Source: Camelus ferus (taxonomy: Eukaryota). Taken from it: a DNA stretch of 60,000 bases. Numbering within the stretch: the first letter of the stretch is position 1; each line of letters begins with the position of its first letter. Under the pieces are notes generated by a model. The model worked only from the letters and a program-made list of their open reading frames with translations. It searched no databases and was not told the DNA's origin. A program made the translations under genes and the position numbers. The stretch covers positions 13,642,001 through 13,702,000 of the forward strand of contig NC_045697.1 in the NCBI RefSeq assembly GCF_009834535.1, written 5' to 3'. This document shows, piece after piece, positions 24,130-38,511 of this stretch.

Positions 24130-25860
24130 TTCATGTTCACTTATTCATTCATTTATTCATCCATTCAATCAATAAATATTTATTAGAACACGTATGCAGG
24201 CCAGAGATAGAATTCTATATCAGAATGACAAGGTCTCAGTCATTGTAAAGCTCGCAGTCAAATGTAGTCAATCTTAAATATTTCAGTTCTTGTGAATGTG
24301 ATCAGTGCTGTAGGCAGTGTCCCCAGAAAAATGTCACATGCATGGGTGCATATAAGGAAATTCTGCATAAATATGGGAGGTTTCATGAGCAGAATCAAGT
24401 TCCTTTCATAAGGAGCTTGAGTGTCTGCCTTTCTCCTGAGTCCATTAGCTCACATGGCAATCCTGTCCCAGTCACTAGACTCCTGCCATGTCCTTCCACA
24501 CTAAAATTTCGGCTTTTGGTAAGTTTCCTTTTATTTCTTTTCTTAGGGATTAGAGCCTGGCTGCTCCTGAATTGCTAAATTGCTTTCTGAGATTTCCTTT
24601 CATGGCTCCCAATTATTATTTCTGACCTACATCATTCCAGTAACTCCCCAACTCATGCCCTTTTCTCCAGGGCCTCTCCATTCCATTTGGTCCCATTCTG
24701 ATGTCCGATGTCCACTCCTGAAGCACAGATTTGGTAATGTCCCCCCTTAACTCAAACATCTTCCCTGCCCCCCATGCCCACAGAAGTATGCCTGGAAAAG
24801 TGCATGATGCCTCCCACACAGCCAATCCACTTCACACTCTATTCCTACACAACTCCTGTGCAGGAAATCCACGCCCAGAGAAACTCAGGTCTTCACTTTT
24901 CATCAGAAACAAGGTTCATGTTCTTGCCTTTTCTCACCTAAAATATCCTTCTGTCACATTTTCTACTGATCTCTGCCCATATGTCAAAGCCTAAATCAGA
25001 TGTCCACTCCTTTAACACATACGAGGAAGATAAATTATTATTAGGGTAGAAATCAAAGTGGTTATGTGAGAAGAGAAAGTAAAGAATTCATGTAAGAATT
25101 ATGTTAAGAGTAGAAGTAGCCATAATTAGTTTCTTATTTTAAACATGAGGATTAATTTTAAATACTAACAAAATAAACTGCTCTTGTTTAGCACCTGTCC
25201 TGTCTCCAACTCAATTTACATATGGGAAAATCAATGCTTACAGATGTTAGTAAACTATTCAAGGCCTCATAGGATTTAGGGTAAAGTTAACAATTGAATG
25301 CAGGTTCATTTAAAAGTTTATAGCATGATCCTAACCATGAGTAAATGACTTGAAGTTTTGAAGCCTAAGGAAATTGGTTTCTTTATGAGAGAAAGAAACA
25401 ACAAGGACTTTTATCTTTGAAGTGTTTAATTTTGAAACATTTAAATAATATCGAAGAGGAGACATCCACTAGTCAATTGCAAACATGGGAATAGAACTTG
25501 GGAAAGAAATCACTAATATAGATACTGATTTGAATTATTTATATGATGGTAAGAGATAAAATCCTATGGGTCGATGTAGCACCAAATGAGAGAACAAATA
25601 CAGAAAAGAGAAGGAGACTGGAAGCTAACATTTTGGAAAAAACTTCCATGAATGATAATGAGGAAGAAATTGAACGAGAGGAGCCAGGAGAATTTCAGGA
25701 CATACATAGGCTCCAACAGCATCATAATGTTGTAAGAAGGAAAAGAAGCCGATGGTCTATGTTCAGGAGATGGTGGAGATTCCTGAACAAGGAGTTGCAG
25801 CAGACAGTGGGAGCAGGGCCAAATGGAAAGAGGTTAAGCAGTAACTCATATCAATGTTTT
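24130..25860. mobile_element. Cluster of L2 and MIR fragments
   Basis: (attc)n aataaatatttatt reverse L2 tail at 24140-24185; L2-like 24590-25020 and 25400-25860; MIR-like 25190-25340. Confidence 0.45.
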
Positions 25861-26278
25861 TGACTTTATCAAAGAAGGAAGTTGGCTCTTGGACTGGATT
25901 GTTTATAGGAAAAACTCTTCTGAGGGTTATTAAGTAGTACTTACCCCTCTAAGAACCGTGTTCCCCATTCTGAGAGACTTCCCAAGTAATGCGAGCCATC
26001 CACATTCTCGCAACTACCCTTCGTGCTCACTGAGTAAAGCAGCGCGTTCTTCACGGACAGTTGTTCTTTCACGACTGAATTGCAGAAGCTTGAAGATATC
26101 ATCGCTTAGTGTCCAAATGACCATTATTCAACTGAAAATGTTGACCAGCAACTGTAACTTGGTGATTCCAGTGTTTGAAGGCTATAATGATGATATATTA
26201 CACTGGACTGCAAAATTTTTCAGGATAAAGTCAATGTAATATTATCCAAATACCCAAGAACACCCCTTACAAATACAA

Positions 26279-26303
26279 ACACACACACACACACACACAC
26301 ACA
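26279..26303. repeat. (CA)n microsatellite
   Basis: Directly visible. Confidence 0.95.
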
Positions 26304-26839
26304 CTCACTCACCTTCAGCACCAAACATAATACACGTACTTTTCATTCAATAGGGGTTATTGGATGAATTAATAAATAAATGAATGAAAAGATAAATGAA
26401 TAAATAGCTTGCTAAATAAAAAAAAACATATAAATGCATTTGTAGAGATATAAATAAACAGAAATTATATTTCATGTAACAATGCTTGTATAATAGCACA
26501 TAGGCTAAAGACATAGAAATTAGAAAGACTTTCTAAAGATGAGGCTTCTACAGGAACAAATGCTATTTTATATAGTGTAGTAAGTACTCAAGTAAAGGTT
26601 TGGTGACTGGAAAAGAGATATCAAAGCATAATCTTTCCTGAGTGGGCTATTGATCCAGACAATCTCTAAAGTACAAAATAGAACATTACATTTTTTAAAA
26701 ATAATAATATTTCAACAGATACAGAAATATAAAATATCTGGATTGGTAAATGTTCTTGTCAATGTTCTCTATTTTTGGATAATAGCTTTTCACTTCTCAT
26801 TTATGAGAAGGTCTATTTCATAAATGAATAGTGGATAGT

Positions 26840-27780
26840 ATCGGTCAGGAAAGCTAGCTTAGGCTGTGGTTAAAAAAAAGAAAAAAGAAAAAAAAACTGA
26901 ATCTCAAAAGCCTAAAACAGAAAAAGGGTTTTTTCTCACTCAGATGACATGTCCATTCTGGCCTTTAATTAGAGACCCAGGCTGATGACGTGGATCATCA
27001 CACATTTCCATCGCGGGGGAATGTCACCTAGCAACATCACGCAGCTGCTCTGAAATGCCTTCCACCAACCAGGGACGTGTTATTTCCACTCAACTTTCTT
27101 TGGTCAAAAGAAGACTCACCTGATTAGGCAGAAGTTAATTTATTTTTTTATTTTATTGTTTTAACAAATCACAATATAATATAGTCAGAGAGCCAATTTT
27201 TTAATTCAATTATTTTCCCTAAAACAATCCCAATGTAGGTGATGTGTGTGTGTTTTGCAAACTTTCAGAGTTAAAATGCAGAATTAGCAAAGCTAGAACT
27301 TCAAATCTCACGACCCCCTATACTTATGCCTTGTTTACTATACGCCAGGCTCAGCATTAAGCGCATAAGACGAGATACGAGGTGAGCAAAGCCCAGTCTC
27401 TGCCTTTGAAGAATGCTTGCACTAGTGGAAGAGATGGATAAGTAAATAATTCATCATGAAAGATGTGTTTGCTTTTGTGGCAGGGAAATTAATTCTGCAC
27501 GGAAGGGTCAAAGAAGACTGCATTGATACCTGAGGAATATTTAATAGGGCAAATGGGAATTTGTCAAATGAAAAATGGCAGATGAGAGGAAGTGAGGTGG
27601 GATGGCATTCCTAGTGGAGTGAACATTATTAGGAAAGACATGAGACATTCAAATGCACTGTATCCTATTGAGGCAGAAAGTGTTTAATTGTGCTTGTGAA
27701 TGGAGCACCCAAAGAAGGTAGCCCCAGATGAACCCAAAGGCAAGCCAAGGGCAGGATGGGAAGATCCTCGAGCTTAATAA
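26840..27780 (-). mobile_element. Old MLT1-like fragment (26840-27125) and L2 fragment (27330-27780)
   Basis: gtcaggaaagctagcttaggctgtggt...gagacccaggctga; tactatacgccaggc...cagtctctgcctttgaaga. Confidence 0.45.
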
Positions 27781-29090
27781 TCATTCTTGATGATCTAGTT
27801 TTCAGAGTGTCCCAGTGTCGTTCCTAAACATCAATGATCTCTTCTCCTTAGACATATTAAAGGTAAAAATTACAAAATTCTAAAAGTATTTTAATACACT
27901 TGGAAAAAACCTTTTAATCATGTTGTGTCCTTATATTCTGAGATATTACCAAAATATGTAAAAAATTAAAATAGGTTACATTTAACATACCACATAAAAA
28001 CATTTAAAGTATAAGCTGCTTTCCTTCAACAAAGAGATCTCTATTTTCCTGAAACATAGAGACCACAAAAGATTGAAGGGAAATGTATGTGTAAACAATG
28101 AATTCAACACTTAAATTTCACTCTATTCAACTCCAAAGGGAACAGCTTGCCAGGGCCAAATTCAGATGACCCTGAGTTGCACAAGTAAGCCTTTATGTTA
28201 CATGGACCTGAAAATATCCACCAGGAGTTCACAAAGTAGAAACTAAATCTGAAACTAAACCCAACTCCACATCAGCCTCTCCTGAAGTCACCAAATTCCA
28301 TGTCTTCTGACCACAGTTACCACTGAGTTCCTGTTGAGTCCAGACCTGTTTTGGTTGCTAAAGCTACTCTGTCTGGTTCCTAAAATATTAACTACAATCC
28401 TTCAAAAAACCCCAAAAAAACCGATAATCCAAATAGCTGACTATTGCAACTGCTTCATACTAACAGTCCATTCTACTAAAAAAAAAAAATCCAAAGTCAG
28501 TTTGACAAATTTATTAAAATCATCAAAAATTTGAGAGAAATCCTGGATGATACTGGTCAGCAAAAGGGACTGTGTGTGAAGATTTTGTAACAGCAACCCC
28601 TAAGTTAAAACGGTTCTCAAATACTGTCCAGGTACCTCTTCTAGCAAAAGTTTTGTTTTCTTTTACAATTAAATATTAACTAAAAAAAGAAGAAAAAGAA
28701 ATTTTAACATAAGCCTAATGCAGTGTTATTTTCCATTAAGAAGTAGAATTATGAGATGACATAAATATATGACATATATTTGAATATTTAAGCTCTTTGA
28801 AACATCATATCTTTAGTAACCAAATATGGATATATTGAGAAATCAGATATCAAAGAAGCTTTCAAAGGGTCAAGCTTTCTGCCATTTATAAGGGTAGTAC
28901 AAAGAAAAATTCTTTCATATGTTGCTTCTACAAAAACTTAAAACAGAATATTTCTCTGATGAGAAAGGAATCCTTCAACAATAACCCCCTACATAGCAAT
29001 CAAAGTGTCCTGAGTTGACTGACTTGAAAAGCTTTAAGTGACTTTGGGAATGTAATTGCCAGAACGTAGCTTCCTGTTTACAACAGATGC

Positions 29091-29474
29091 TGCACCAGTC
29101 AGCTCAGGCTGCCATAACAAAATACCATAAACGGGGTCGCTGGAAGTGTAACAGTCTACTTACCTCACAGTCCTGGGGACTAGATGTCTCGGCCGCAGGT
29201 GCAGCCCTGTTTGGCTTCTGGTGAGAGCTCTCTTCTTGGCTTGTAGGCAGGAACCTTCCGCTCTCCATGCGTGGCCTCTCCTCTGCGGTGCACAGATGGG
29301 GCTCTGGTTTCTCTTCCTATAAGGACACGAGTCCTATCAGGTTAATCCCCCGCCTTTATGACTTCACTCATTTAACCTTAATTTTGTCCTTATAGGCCCT
29401 GTCTCCAAATATGGTCACACTGGGGGTTAGGGATTCAACATATGAATTTGAAATGGACACAATCCAGTCCACAC
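29091..29474 (-). mobile_element. MLT1A-like MaLR solo LTR
   Basis: gctcaggctgccataacaaaatacca...tcttcctataaggacac...gtcacactgggggttagggattcaacatatgaattt...ggacacaatccagtcca. Confidence 0.85.
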
Positions 29475-32400
29475 AAGTTCTTACCTAGAAAAATGTAAAA
29501 CCTCTTATTATATTCGTGTTCCTTTAGGAAATAAACTACACTAACCCTAAAGATGCGACCCTTTAAGATCAGCAGAAAGGAAACCTTGAGACAAGTGAGG
29601 AAATATTCCCTCCTGGCCTTCTCATTAGCAAGTAGACTGCAGCGAATCCCAAAACTCCACCCACGGCGCCACCAGAGCACTTTGAACGCGATGTTACGTA
29701 TCTGCCACCCAAATCTCCATGCCCTCCTAGCCCAGCTTGTCAAACTGGGCTCTGGTTTGGGTCTCACCTACCTGTCTGAACAGTCTGACTGAGGAGACTA
29801 CATACTAGTCAAAGAGGAGAGGTACTGCTTTACCTAGCAGAGTAGAACTCTGTGTCACGGTTATCAGATGTCCCCTATATGCCAAATTCTCTGCTGCAAA
29901 GTGGAGTTGTACAGAAGAATAAGACATTATTTTTCTTTCCAAGGATCTCAAGCCTGTGAGGCAAATAAACTACAGAAGCATGGTAAGTATTGCATTTATG
30001 AAAGCTGTGTTGGCTCAAGATACTCAGACGTGGATTTTTACAGGAATACTCCTCAAATTTCGCTTCTTGCAGTGTCCATCCGTATTGTACTGCTGTTCAA
30101 GATGTTCAAGAATCTTCCCTTCTCACCAAAAAATCAAATTCTATCTACATTTAGCCTGAATTAAACTGATTTCAGGAAGATAAAAACTAGAAAGAGCATT
30201 ACTTATTGGATATTTTTCTTGCCATCTCCTTGTTTTATTATTTTTCTTTTTTTTTTTTTAAAGCAGTTCTCTCAAACTTCATGCTGGTTCTTTGGCCCAA
30301 GTGTTATTTTGGAAGTGAGTTATATAAATTCTGCCCTTTATAGCTTGTATTCTCTATTTCCTATCCTTATGCTTAACTGGTTTTCTCCAAATGCCTTTTC
30401 TGAACTTTTCCTTAACATTAACCATACAACCACCACAGAGTAAAGTGTAGATTTTATCTTTATTGTTAAATGCATGAGGCATCACAAAAAATTGCCAGTG
30501 TTAAGCTGATGACAATTTGAGAAAGATGAATCAAATGCCAAAATATGTGAGGGAAAATATCAATACAGAAAAAAAACAGAAAAAGAAATGTCTGAAATGA
30601 TCATGGCATAGCTTCAGAAGACAAGATATGAAGAAAGGGTTTGGAAGATAGTCATATAATCTGGATGAGATAAGTGGGTTTCTTTTGTCACAACCCTGGG
30701 ATATGAGTTTTCAGATCATTGTGAATGATGCTTTGAGTGTTATAATAGAACTGAAAAATGTGGAAGCATTTGATTTAATGCCTAGACATCAGTTTTGTCT
30801 GCCAAATCCCAAGGAAGACGTCTATAAGCCCATCAATCAACATTAGGATCTCTGTGTTGAGCAAATGACATCCAGATCATAAAGCCGTTGTCATTTAAAA
30901 TGCATTTTTAAATCACTGCTCCACTACCGTTTATAATGGGTATATTTTTAACTCTAATAATTAATCAGCTCTGACACATTTCCTTTCTTTTTCTCCTGTT
31001 CTCCTCTGACATCCTTCTTTTATAAGAAGCCATTTTTTAATTTCCTGGATGCAGAAAACCAGCAAAGATATTCAGGTTTCTACATTTCATCTATGAAAGG
31101 AGCTTTGGAGGTTTATAAATTAAGGAAGTTGAAAAACAATCTTCAGCTTAGATAGCATCTTGACATACATGTGCCACGATCAGAATGACATCTCCATTGG
31201 GAATACAAATTCACGGCTCCTGACTATATTTCAGAAAGACGTTGCTTGAAAATGATGTACCTCAAGCACACAGTCATATCACATTCCCCCACCTCTTTGA
31301 GAACCGGCTCATCAGATAATTTCTCTTAAAGAGATGCCAGTACTGTAATTTGCCTCTGCTTTAATCAACAGTGAGATAATATAGAAGCCGCATTAAATGA
31401 TTCAGAATGATTTAGTCAGCAGGAAACCCATTAGTCTAACCATATTTTCCCATACTTTTCAGCACCATGTCCTGTCATCTGGAAATAATAGGTACCATAA
31501 AAGCAAATTCTGAAGGCTTTAAAAAAATTGCTAGGAGAGAGCACCGTGTGTTTATTTGGAGGTTGATAGTGCCACATATTAACCAAAATGAAAAATTTTT
31601 TTCCAGTATATTTGAATTAGATTTCCGTATGAAAGAATGTTAAAATGTTACATTTAAGCATGATATATTTACATATTCATTTTGATCAGATTGGATTATG
31701 CCAGATGTGCACACATAGAATCATACTTCTGTAGATGTTTTCATTTCTAGTAAATCAATTCATAAACTAAAAAAAATAAATAAATAAGAAGGAAAAAGGA
31801 ATGAGGAACTGGCAGCTTGAGGAGAAGACCAGTGCATATTAAGACATTTTGAGTCAGTGGTCTGTGTAAGGGTCCATGTCTTGTTATTTTTCATAGTCTA
31901 CCAAGTTTTCAAGATGCATTAGAAATAGTTGTAAAAAATCACAATCACCAATGTTTAATGAATGTGATGGGAGGAGGGAGAGACATTGTAGAAATACAAA
32001 AACACAAAAATTTAGTATTTGATCATCCCTTAAACTCTGAGTACCTCTGAGTTCCTCGTGATTTGTGGGTTCTCAGTGAATATGAATAGATAATAATCTT
32101 TCTTTCTAAAAACTCAGATTCCCCAGAAGATTCTCCATTCTTCAGAGTGTGTCAACATAGCTGCCCAAGCTATAATGTAGCTGTTCTGTAGCCAGCAGAG
32201 AGAAGAGTTGGGAGAAATAAGGGTTGGAACGACAGGGTGATGGCAAAAGCTAAAATAAATTCAATCCTTTTAACTGAATGAGAATTTCTTGTTATCATTT
32301 TGCAGAAGAAGAAATTGGTAACATTACAGTGATGAGTAGAAAATACTAATTCTTAACAAGAATCCCAAGTTCCTACTCCAGACCTCCAAGTTTGCTATCT

Positions 32401-32784
32401 CTTTCAAGGTCAAAGTGAAGAGGATGGTTATTAAGTCAGTGATCAGTGTTTTAATTTAATAATGTAAGTAAGATCATCCTACATGGCCTATTTGATTGCT
32501 GCACTATTTATGAAAATACACTCAACAAAGCTACATGAAATTATCTACTGGAGTCACCAAATGGTGATGGTTAAAACCTGGTTTCCACTTCCCAACTGCC
32601 CCCTAAATTCACTACAAGGATTAAATGAGCTAATGAAAGTGAAGTGGTTAACACAGTGCTTGGCCCTCGGTAAGTACAAACTGTGAAAAGCCCTGGTTCC
32701 CGTGGAGGTGATGGTTAAAGGACAAGAAAAATAAATAGGTCTGCAGTCGTGAAAGAGCTTCTCTTTTTGATCTATTAAAAAAAA

Positions 32785-33030
32785 AAAAGAGCTAGCACTT
32801 TATAACACTTATTACATTCACAGGCAAGTTCTAAGTATTTTGAAACATTAACTCATGTAGTATTCACCACAGCCTAATGAGATAGACGTTATCTTTATGC
32901 CCATTTTATGGATGAAAGAAACTGAAGCACAGGGAAGCTATGCAGCTTGTGCAAAGGCCCAGCTAGTGAGTGTCAGAGCCAAGATTTTAATCCAAGCAGA
33001 GTGACACCATGGCCCACCCCTTAGACAACG
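32785..33030 (-). mobile_element. MIR SINE
   Basis: cccattttatggatgaaagaaactgaagcacag...agctagtgagtgtcagagccaagatttt. Confidence 0.75.
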
Positions 33031-34689
33031 GGGTCTTCTGACTTCCATCTGCATGTATATTGTGGCTATTAGCAGTGAAACCACTGCCATCGGACTAATA
33101 TCTTATAAATGCAAGCGGTTTTCAAAGTAACATCCTTGTGGTGTCCTCGCAATTATGAGGCCAAAAATCACAAGGATCATTTTTCTCTTTATATCTAAGA
33201 CTAAAGCAGAGCAGTTTAGGCTGAGTTTGTGCTAATTTGACCTCATTATCTCTTCTGAGCAGAAAGTTTTGGACTGTGAACAGGGGAGATGTCTGTCTTC
33301 ATGAGAATTAAGCTCTCATACCAATAAAAATGATAAAGAATACAATGATTTGTTTCAACTTCATTGTTTAGCTAAAGCACTTAGGCCCCAAATGTATGAT
33401 CCCAGAATTATCTAGGACCCCATCATCCTTCACGATGTGAAAGACAACTTAGATGTGATCTTAAAGCCCCTAAGGAATCAAAACTGGAGGGGGGTGGGAA
33501 ATGGGATGAAAGGAAAAAAAAAATCCCCAAAGCCTTCCAAAAATATTCCACCCACTCTAGAGTTTTGGACAACATTGTCAAAGGAAAAACATTTAACACT
33601 CTCTTTCTTTAAAGTTGGATTTGTCTGACTGGCCGGGGCTTAAGAAAATGTTATGTTTATTCTGTGGGAATATTTGTGAAGAACGAGTTTAACTTGGCTA
33701 CTGGGAAAGTTGTTTTTGTTGTTTAGGTTTCTTGAATGTTAGTGTTTGGGATGACTTTGTTTTCTTTGGGGTGAAGGAAGCAACTTTTCATACAATTTAG
33801 TGGTTATATGAAACCTCCTCCATTGGCCTCTCATGCATGCCACATAGTGTATATAATATATATTTCAGCTAGGTTTGTTTTCCCAAAATCCAAGAATGAC
33901 TGCATTAAAGTTGCTCAATTTCAGAAAGATTTAAACTGCAGGAAGGATAATTCTAGATGACGCCAAACTACAGGGGTTTCCTAAGTAGACTGTGTATCAT
34001 TTCACCTCTCTCCTGGGTGCTCCATCCTGTGTCTTGGGGCCTCAATTTAAAAGCCACCCTATTCTGATTCAGTGTGTGCCTGAGTTAGAAGGCTTCACAA
34101 TTTCCTTTCTAATAAATGCAAAGTCTGAAGCTCCTTCACCCACCTCTGTATCTCCTCACATTCTGATCCTCTCTCTCCCAACATATACATACAATACACA
34201 CAATTCTGAGTCCCAGTGTGGCCTCAGGCTTCCCTTTGTCCCTTTAACTCTCAAGAACATTCTGCAACCTTAAAAATAGCTCTAAGCCAGACTCCTGCAA
34301 AGTAACACAAGAAAGTCTGATTATAGACTTTATTTACTCTGGCATCCAGAGGAGTTTTAAGAAGTTTAATGAGACAGCTTCAGGACTTTAAATATTTAAG
34401 TTGTAGGTCGTTCTTTTTCTCAAATTAGTTATCATAGACAGTTTGGAATAAAATATCCTATAGATAAAGTATGAAAATAGAATTTGTGTCTCAATCCAAC
34501 TCAAAAATGCAAAACTAGCCTGGAGTGTTGTATACGCAAATTCAAACTGGGTTTAACATGAGTTAAATGAAGAGACTACTTCCCAGAGGGTGGAAAAAAT
34601 CTTTTAAAATAAAAAAAAATATATAAAGAATGATAGGAAGATTCTTATTCTAGTCCCAAAGGGGCAAGAAGGGGGAGGATTGAGCCCAT

Positions 34690-34920
34690 ATCACACCAGC
34701 AGCTTTGGCCTCAGGAAGGGGACAGAGGTCGCAACAGGACACTCACTGACATCCCCCTCCTCCTTCCCTCTTTTCAGCTCCAGTCTCTCCTCTTGGCCAA
34801 TAACAACCGGAAGCCTTTCGAAAGGGGGTCCTTTCATGCAGTCTGGACAGGTCCCCTTCCCAGGGCACAGGACGAACGAAGTGCACCAGAGAATGGGTCT
34901 GGAGGGGCAAACAGCACAAA
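34690..34920. mobile_element. Old ERVL/MaLR LTR fragment
   Basis: ccttcccagggcacag...gagaatgggtctggaggggcaaac. Confidence 0.4.
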
Positions 34921-34961
34921 TATTCTGAAGATTATGTTTTAAAGTTTAAAAGTTAGACAGT

Positions 34962-35019
<58 letters not shown>

Positions 35020-35021
35020 TA
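34962..35021. repeat. Compound tetranucleotide STR (GATA)11(GACA)3(GATA)
   Basis: Directly visible. Confidence 0.97.
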
Positions 35022-36349
35022 AAAGCAGTTTATTTGGACACTATTGAATTCAAATATGGTAAAACTCTGAAAACCCTTTGCATCAAATTCACACTAGGTT
35101 CAAGTCTGAAACCTCTTTCCCCACCAAAGCCCAGCTAAAAACTAAGTTGAAATTGTATAGGCAACACCTCTATGAATAAAAATATTTATTAACCAAAGTA
35201 TTGCTTTCTTTCAAAATAAATCGCTTTATACTTTGACAGAAAAGAGATTGTAATCGGATCTTTCCCATTCTATCTTTGCTCTGGGATTTCAAAAGGCATC
35301 CTGTTGTATTTCCAATTCAGGGTTAGAATTTAAGACTGTGAGATTCTGGGGGTTGTAAAATGATCGCTTTACCAATAAAAATGGTTTTGAGATAGGCTGA
35401 CTGTTTTTCTAAACTGAACTTAAGTCAGAGGATAAACATTCCTGTTCAGTATCTATTATTATTCTAAGTATTGCTATACTAAGAAATCATGGAGAAATCC
35501 TAAAAGAAAAAAAAGGAAGAAAACCCAGCTGTGCCCATCTACCCTGGAGATAGGCATGAATGGTGTTAATGGAGTTAGCTATTTAGCCAAGTAATTGAGT
35601 GTTTTTTCTAGCCTTGATTGACTCACAAGCAGTAAAATGAAATTTGGCAAATACCTCATTACCCTTGTGCTAGAGCTCCATGGAGAGCTACTATGGGATT
35701 CTGACCTGGCAGTGGTTGGACACTTTCTCAGAAAGCCAGGAGCAGCTCCATCCTCATAATGAAGCCAGGGGCTGAGTGATTTCTCATTGCAGAAGAAGAT
35801 TATTAACAGAGAAACAGGAGCAGTGAGAGATCTGTCCAGAGAGAGGTCCATGAAAAGAAGAGTAGCTTCTCCAGGTTCCATGCATAACCTACTTGACATT
35901 ATGTGACCAAAAATGGCTCATCTTACTCTCCATTACAAGATGCTCACCTGCAGGTATCTTGCTGGAAAGGCAGTTGTTAGGGAGATACAGGGAAAAGGGA
36001 TTAAAAGCACCAACACTTAAGCAGTTTATTTGAATCAAGCTCCACAGCAGGTCCCAAAACTGGTGGATAATTACAGGAAATATCTGGGAAATGGTTCTCA
36101 ATTACAAATGAGAAAGTGCTCCGTCTCCCCCGACCGCACGCCGTGGGGCCACATCGGACAGAGAAGGGAGTAAGCCAGCCACACTGCCGTTTGCTCTCTA
36201 GATTTCAGCCGTATCCACAACTTTCAATCTCTCCCAGTCCACTAGTCTTTTTTCCTTTGGAGTTTTTGCCCACGAGCTTCATTCTGTCTGGACATACTTC
36301 CCCTGGCTCATCGCATGGCTCCTATTCTCCCCACCCCAACCTCGTTTTC

Positions 36350-36520
36350 TCTCACCTAGTAGGAATGAGGAAGCTTCCCTGTCAATTCCTCCCTCTGGAT
36401 GATAAGCCATGTGAGAATAGGGACCACTTTTGAATGCCCTCTTTTTTTTCACCATCTAACAGAGTGTCTGGCATGTCGTAGACCCTTAATAAATATTTAT
36501 TCAATGCGTGAATGAAATTT
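36350..36520 (+). mobile_element. L2 3' end
   Basis: taagccatgtgagaatagggacc...acagagtgtctggcatgtcgtag...aataaatatttattcaatgcgtgaatgaa. Confidence 0.65.
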
Positions 36521-38453
36521 TCATCCAGTTCTAATAATACAGTAGCCCTCCTAAAGGCATATCCTCTTTCCTTTTTTTTTTTTTTTTTTTTGTTAACATG
36601 GGAAATTATACCAAAACTTTCCCAGAGCCTTTGTATTTAGAAATGCCTGATTAGCCATCCCTGCCCCACCATCTACCAAGGAGTCTTGTTGCCAACAGAG
36701 TCACAAACTGCAGGGCAGACAGAGCTGAGAAACCTTCATTCAGTGCAGCTGGGGATGGTCCTTTGTTTTTAAGTAGATCTTGTCTTTATCAGAGCTTGAA
36801 GACATCCTATTTCTTGTAACGTGTTGTGAAGATGACACTGTCTTCTCATTAATATCTAATAAAGAGATTAAAGTGACTCACAAAGAAAACAATTGCTATT
36901 GTAAAAGTTCCAGCAAGGAAAGTGCTCAGTCTAGCTGAAGAACATAGGTGTCTTTTTGTCAAAAGTCCTAAAGATTTAGGAGAAAGAGGAAACCCTCCAG
37001 GGTACATTTTTTTTTTCCTTTTTTTTTTTTGACTGGCAAAATTTCTTTACCTTCTCTGAGACTCATTTTACACATTTGGAAACTGTGGATAATCCAGAAC
37101 TTAGAGTAATTGTAAAAATAATAAGAAAAACAAAATTATATGTGTATATATGTACACACATATATGCTTAGCTCAGTGATTTGCAGATTTGATAATTTAT
37201 GAAGTTTACTAGTGTTACACAAAAAAAATGTTAGGATGGGCAAAATATTAATATGCCAGGTTGTCACACTCAAGAACTCTTAGACACAGACAATTTCAGG
37301 GTAAAGAGAACTAACAAATAACAAGAAATGTTTTAAGTAGAGCAAAGAGTATAGCTGGAATAAAAAAAAAAAGACTTGCCTAGAAAAAACATAGGCTACC
37401 CAAAGAAAAATATTTATAAGAAAGAAAAACAGCAAATACAATCAAAATAATAAAAGGAAAAGAGGAGTTCCTCTTCTCAACTGAAAAGTGTCTAAAAATG
37501 CGAACACTTTAAATATTTTTGTAAATTCTATGCTTGCATAAATATAGATATGAATTACATTTAGTTGACGTGCTCTGGAACACATTATTTATTCCCAGCA
37601 GAGTTTCTAATAGGAGTCCCAGCACTCCGACCCCTTCAATACAATCTGGAGTGTCCGTCCAGTGGGTGCACCATCTATGATTGGCTTTGTGCAAAGAACA
37701 GAGCAGCCTCCTGGGAAAGAACCAGGAAGCCTGGACCTCCACTTTGGTTGTGCTCCCCGTGCAATGTTCACCAGCACCTGCCCAACGAGCAGAGCAGAGG
37801 TTGAAATTTTACCCACACTCCCTTCTTCAAGTATGGTAGCCTGGCCTAGGGCTGGGTACACACAGGAAGAGCACCATGCTTGAACTTACCCACCCCAAAT
37901 CCCTGGAGATAAGACAGGAAAATCCAGGGTTAGAAGGAGGAAAAAAACTTCACGTGTGTTCTATTAAATTTTTTCCTTGCTTGCACTCTTTGCTATCAGA
38001 GATTGTGACCAGAGAAGGAAAAAGTAGATGGTGAAAATACAAAGAACAGGAGAGAGTTCACCAAAATTTCGGCATGTTATCAGGTGCCCACAGGAATAGT
38101 GTAAAGGAATGGGAGGGAATTAACCTTGAAGCAAGAGCTGGGACATGGGATGATCATGCTGACCTCAGTTGTGAGGGTACCACTAACAGTGGAAGTTAGA
38201 GGATGAACAGAAAACAGTGAGTACTGGGAGAGGCAGAAGTCACCTGAGCACTGCTGAGCAGAGCAGGGAAAGTAAATAAATAGCAGGTGTCCTACAGCAG
38301 CCAAGTTCATGTTCGTGGAAAATGGTGAACAATGGTAGTGAGCTATCCATGGCAATTTCTGCTCTAGGGATGAACAACATCAAAATTGCCTACGAGCTCT
38401 GAAAATTAAAATTCCTGGCCCTAGTCTCAGACACTTGTAAATCTGCCTTGGGG

Positions 38454-38511
38454 TTCTGGAGATATCCATCTTTAAGACATCCTTCTGGAGATATCCATCT
38501 TTAAGACATCC
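38454..38511. repeat. Perfect 29-bp tandem duplication
   Basis: ttctggagatatccatctttaagacatcc at 38454-38482 and 38483-38511. Confidence 0.97.

Noticed and set aside
25543..25863. 106-aa charged ORF
   Set aside because: Lies in purine-rich, L2-like decayed repeat sequence; no recognisable domain
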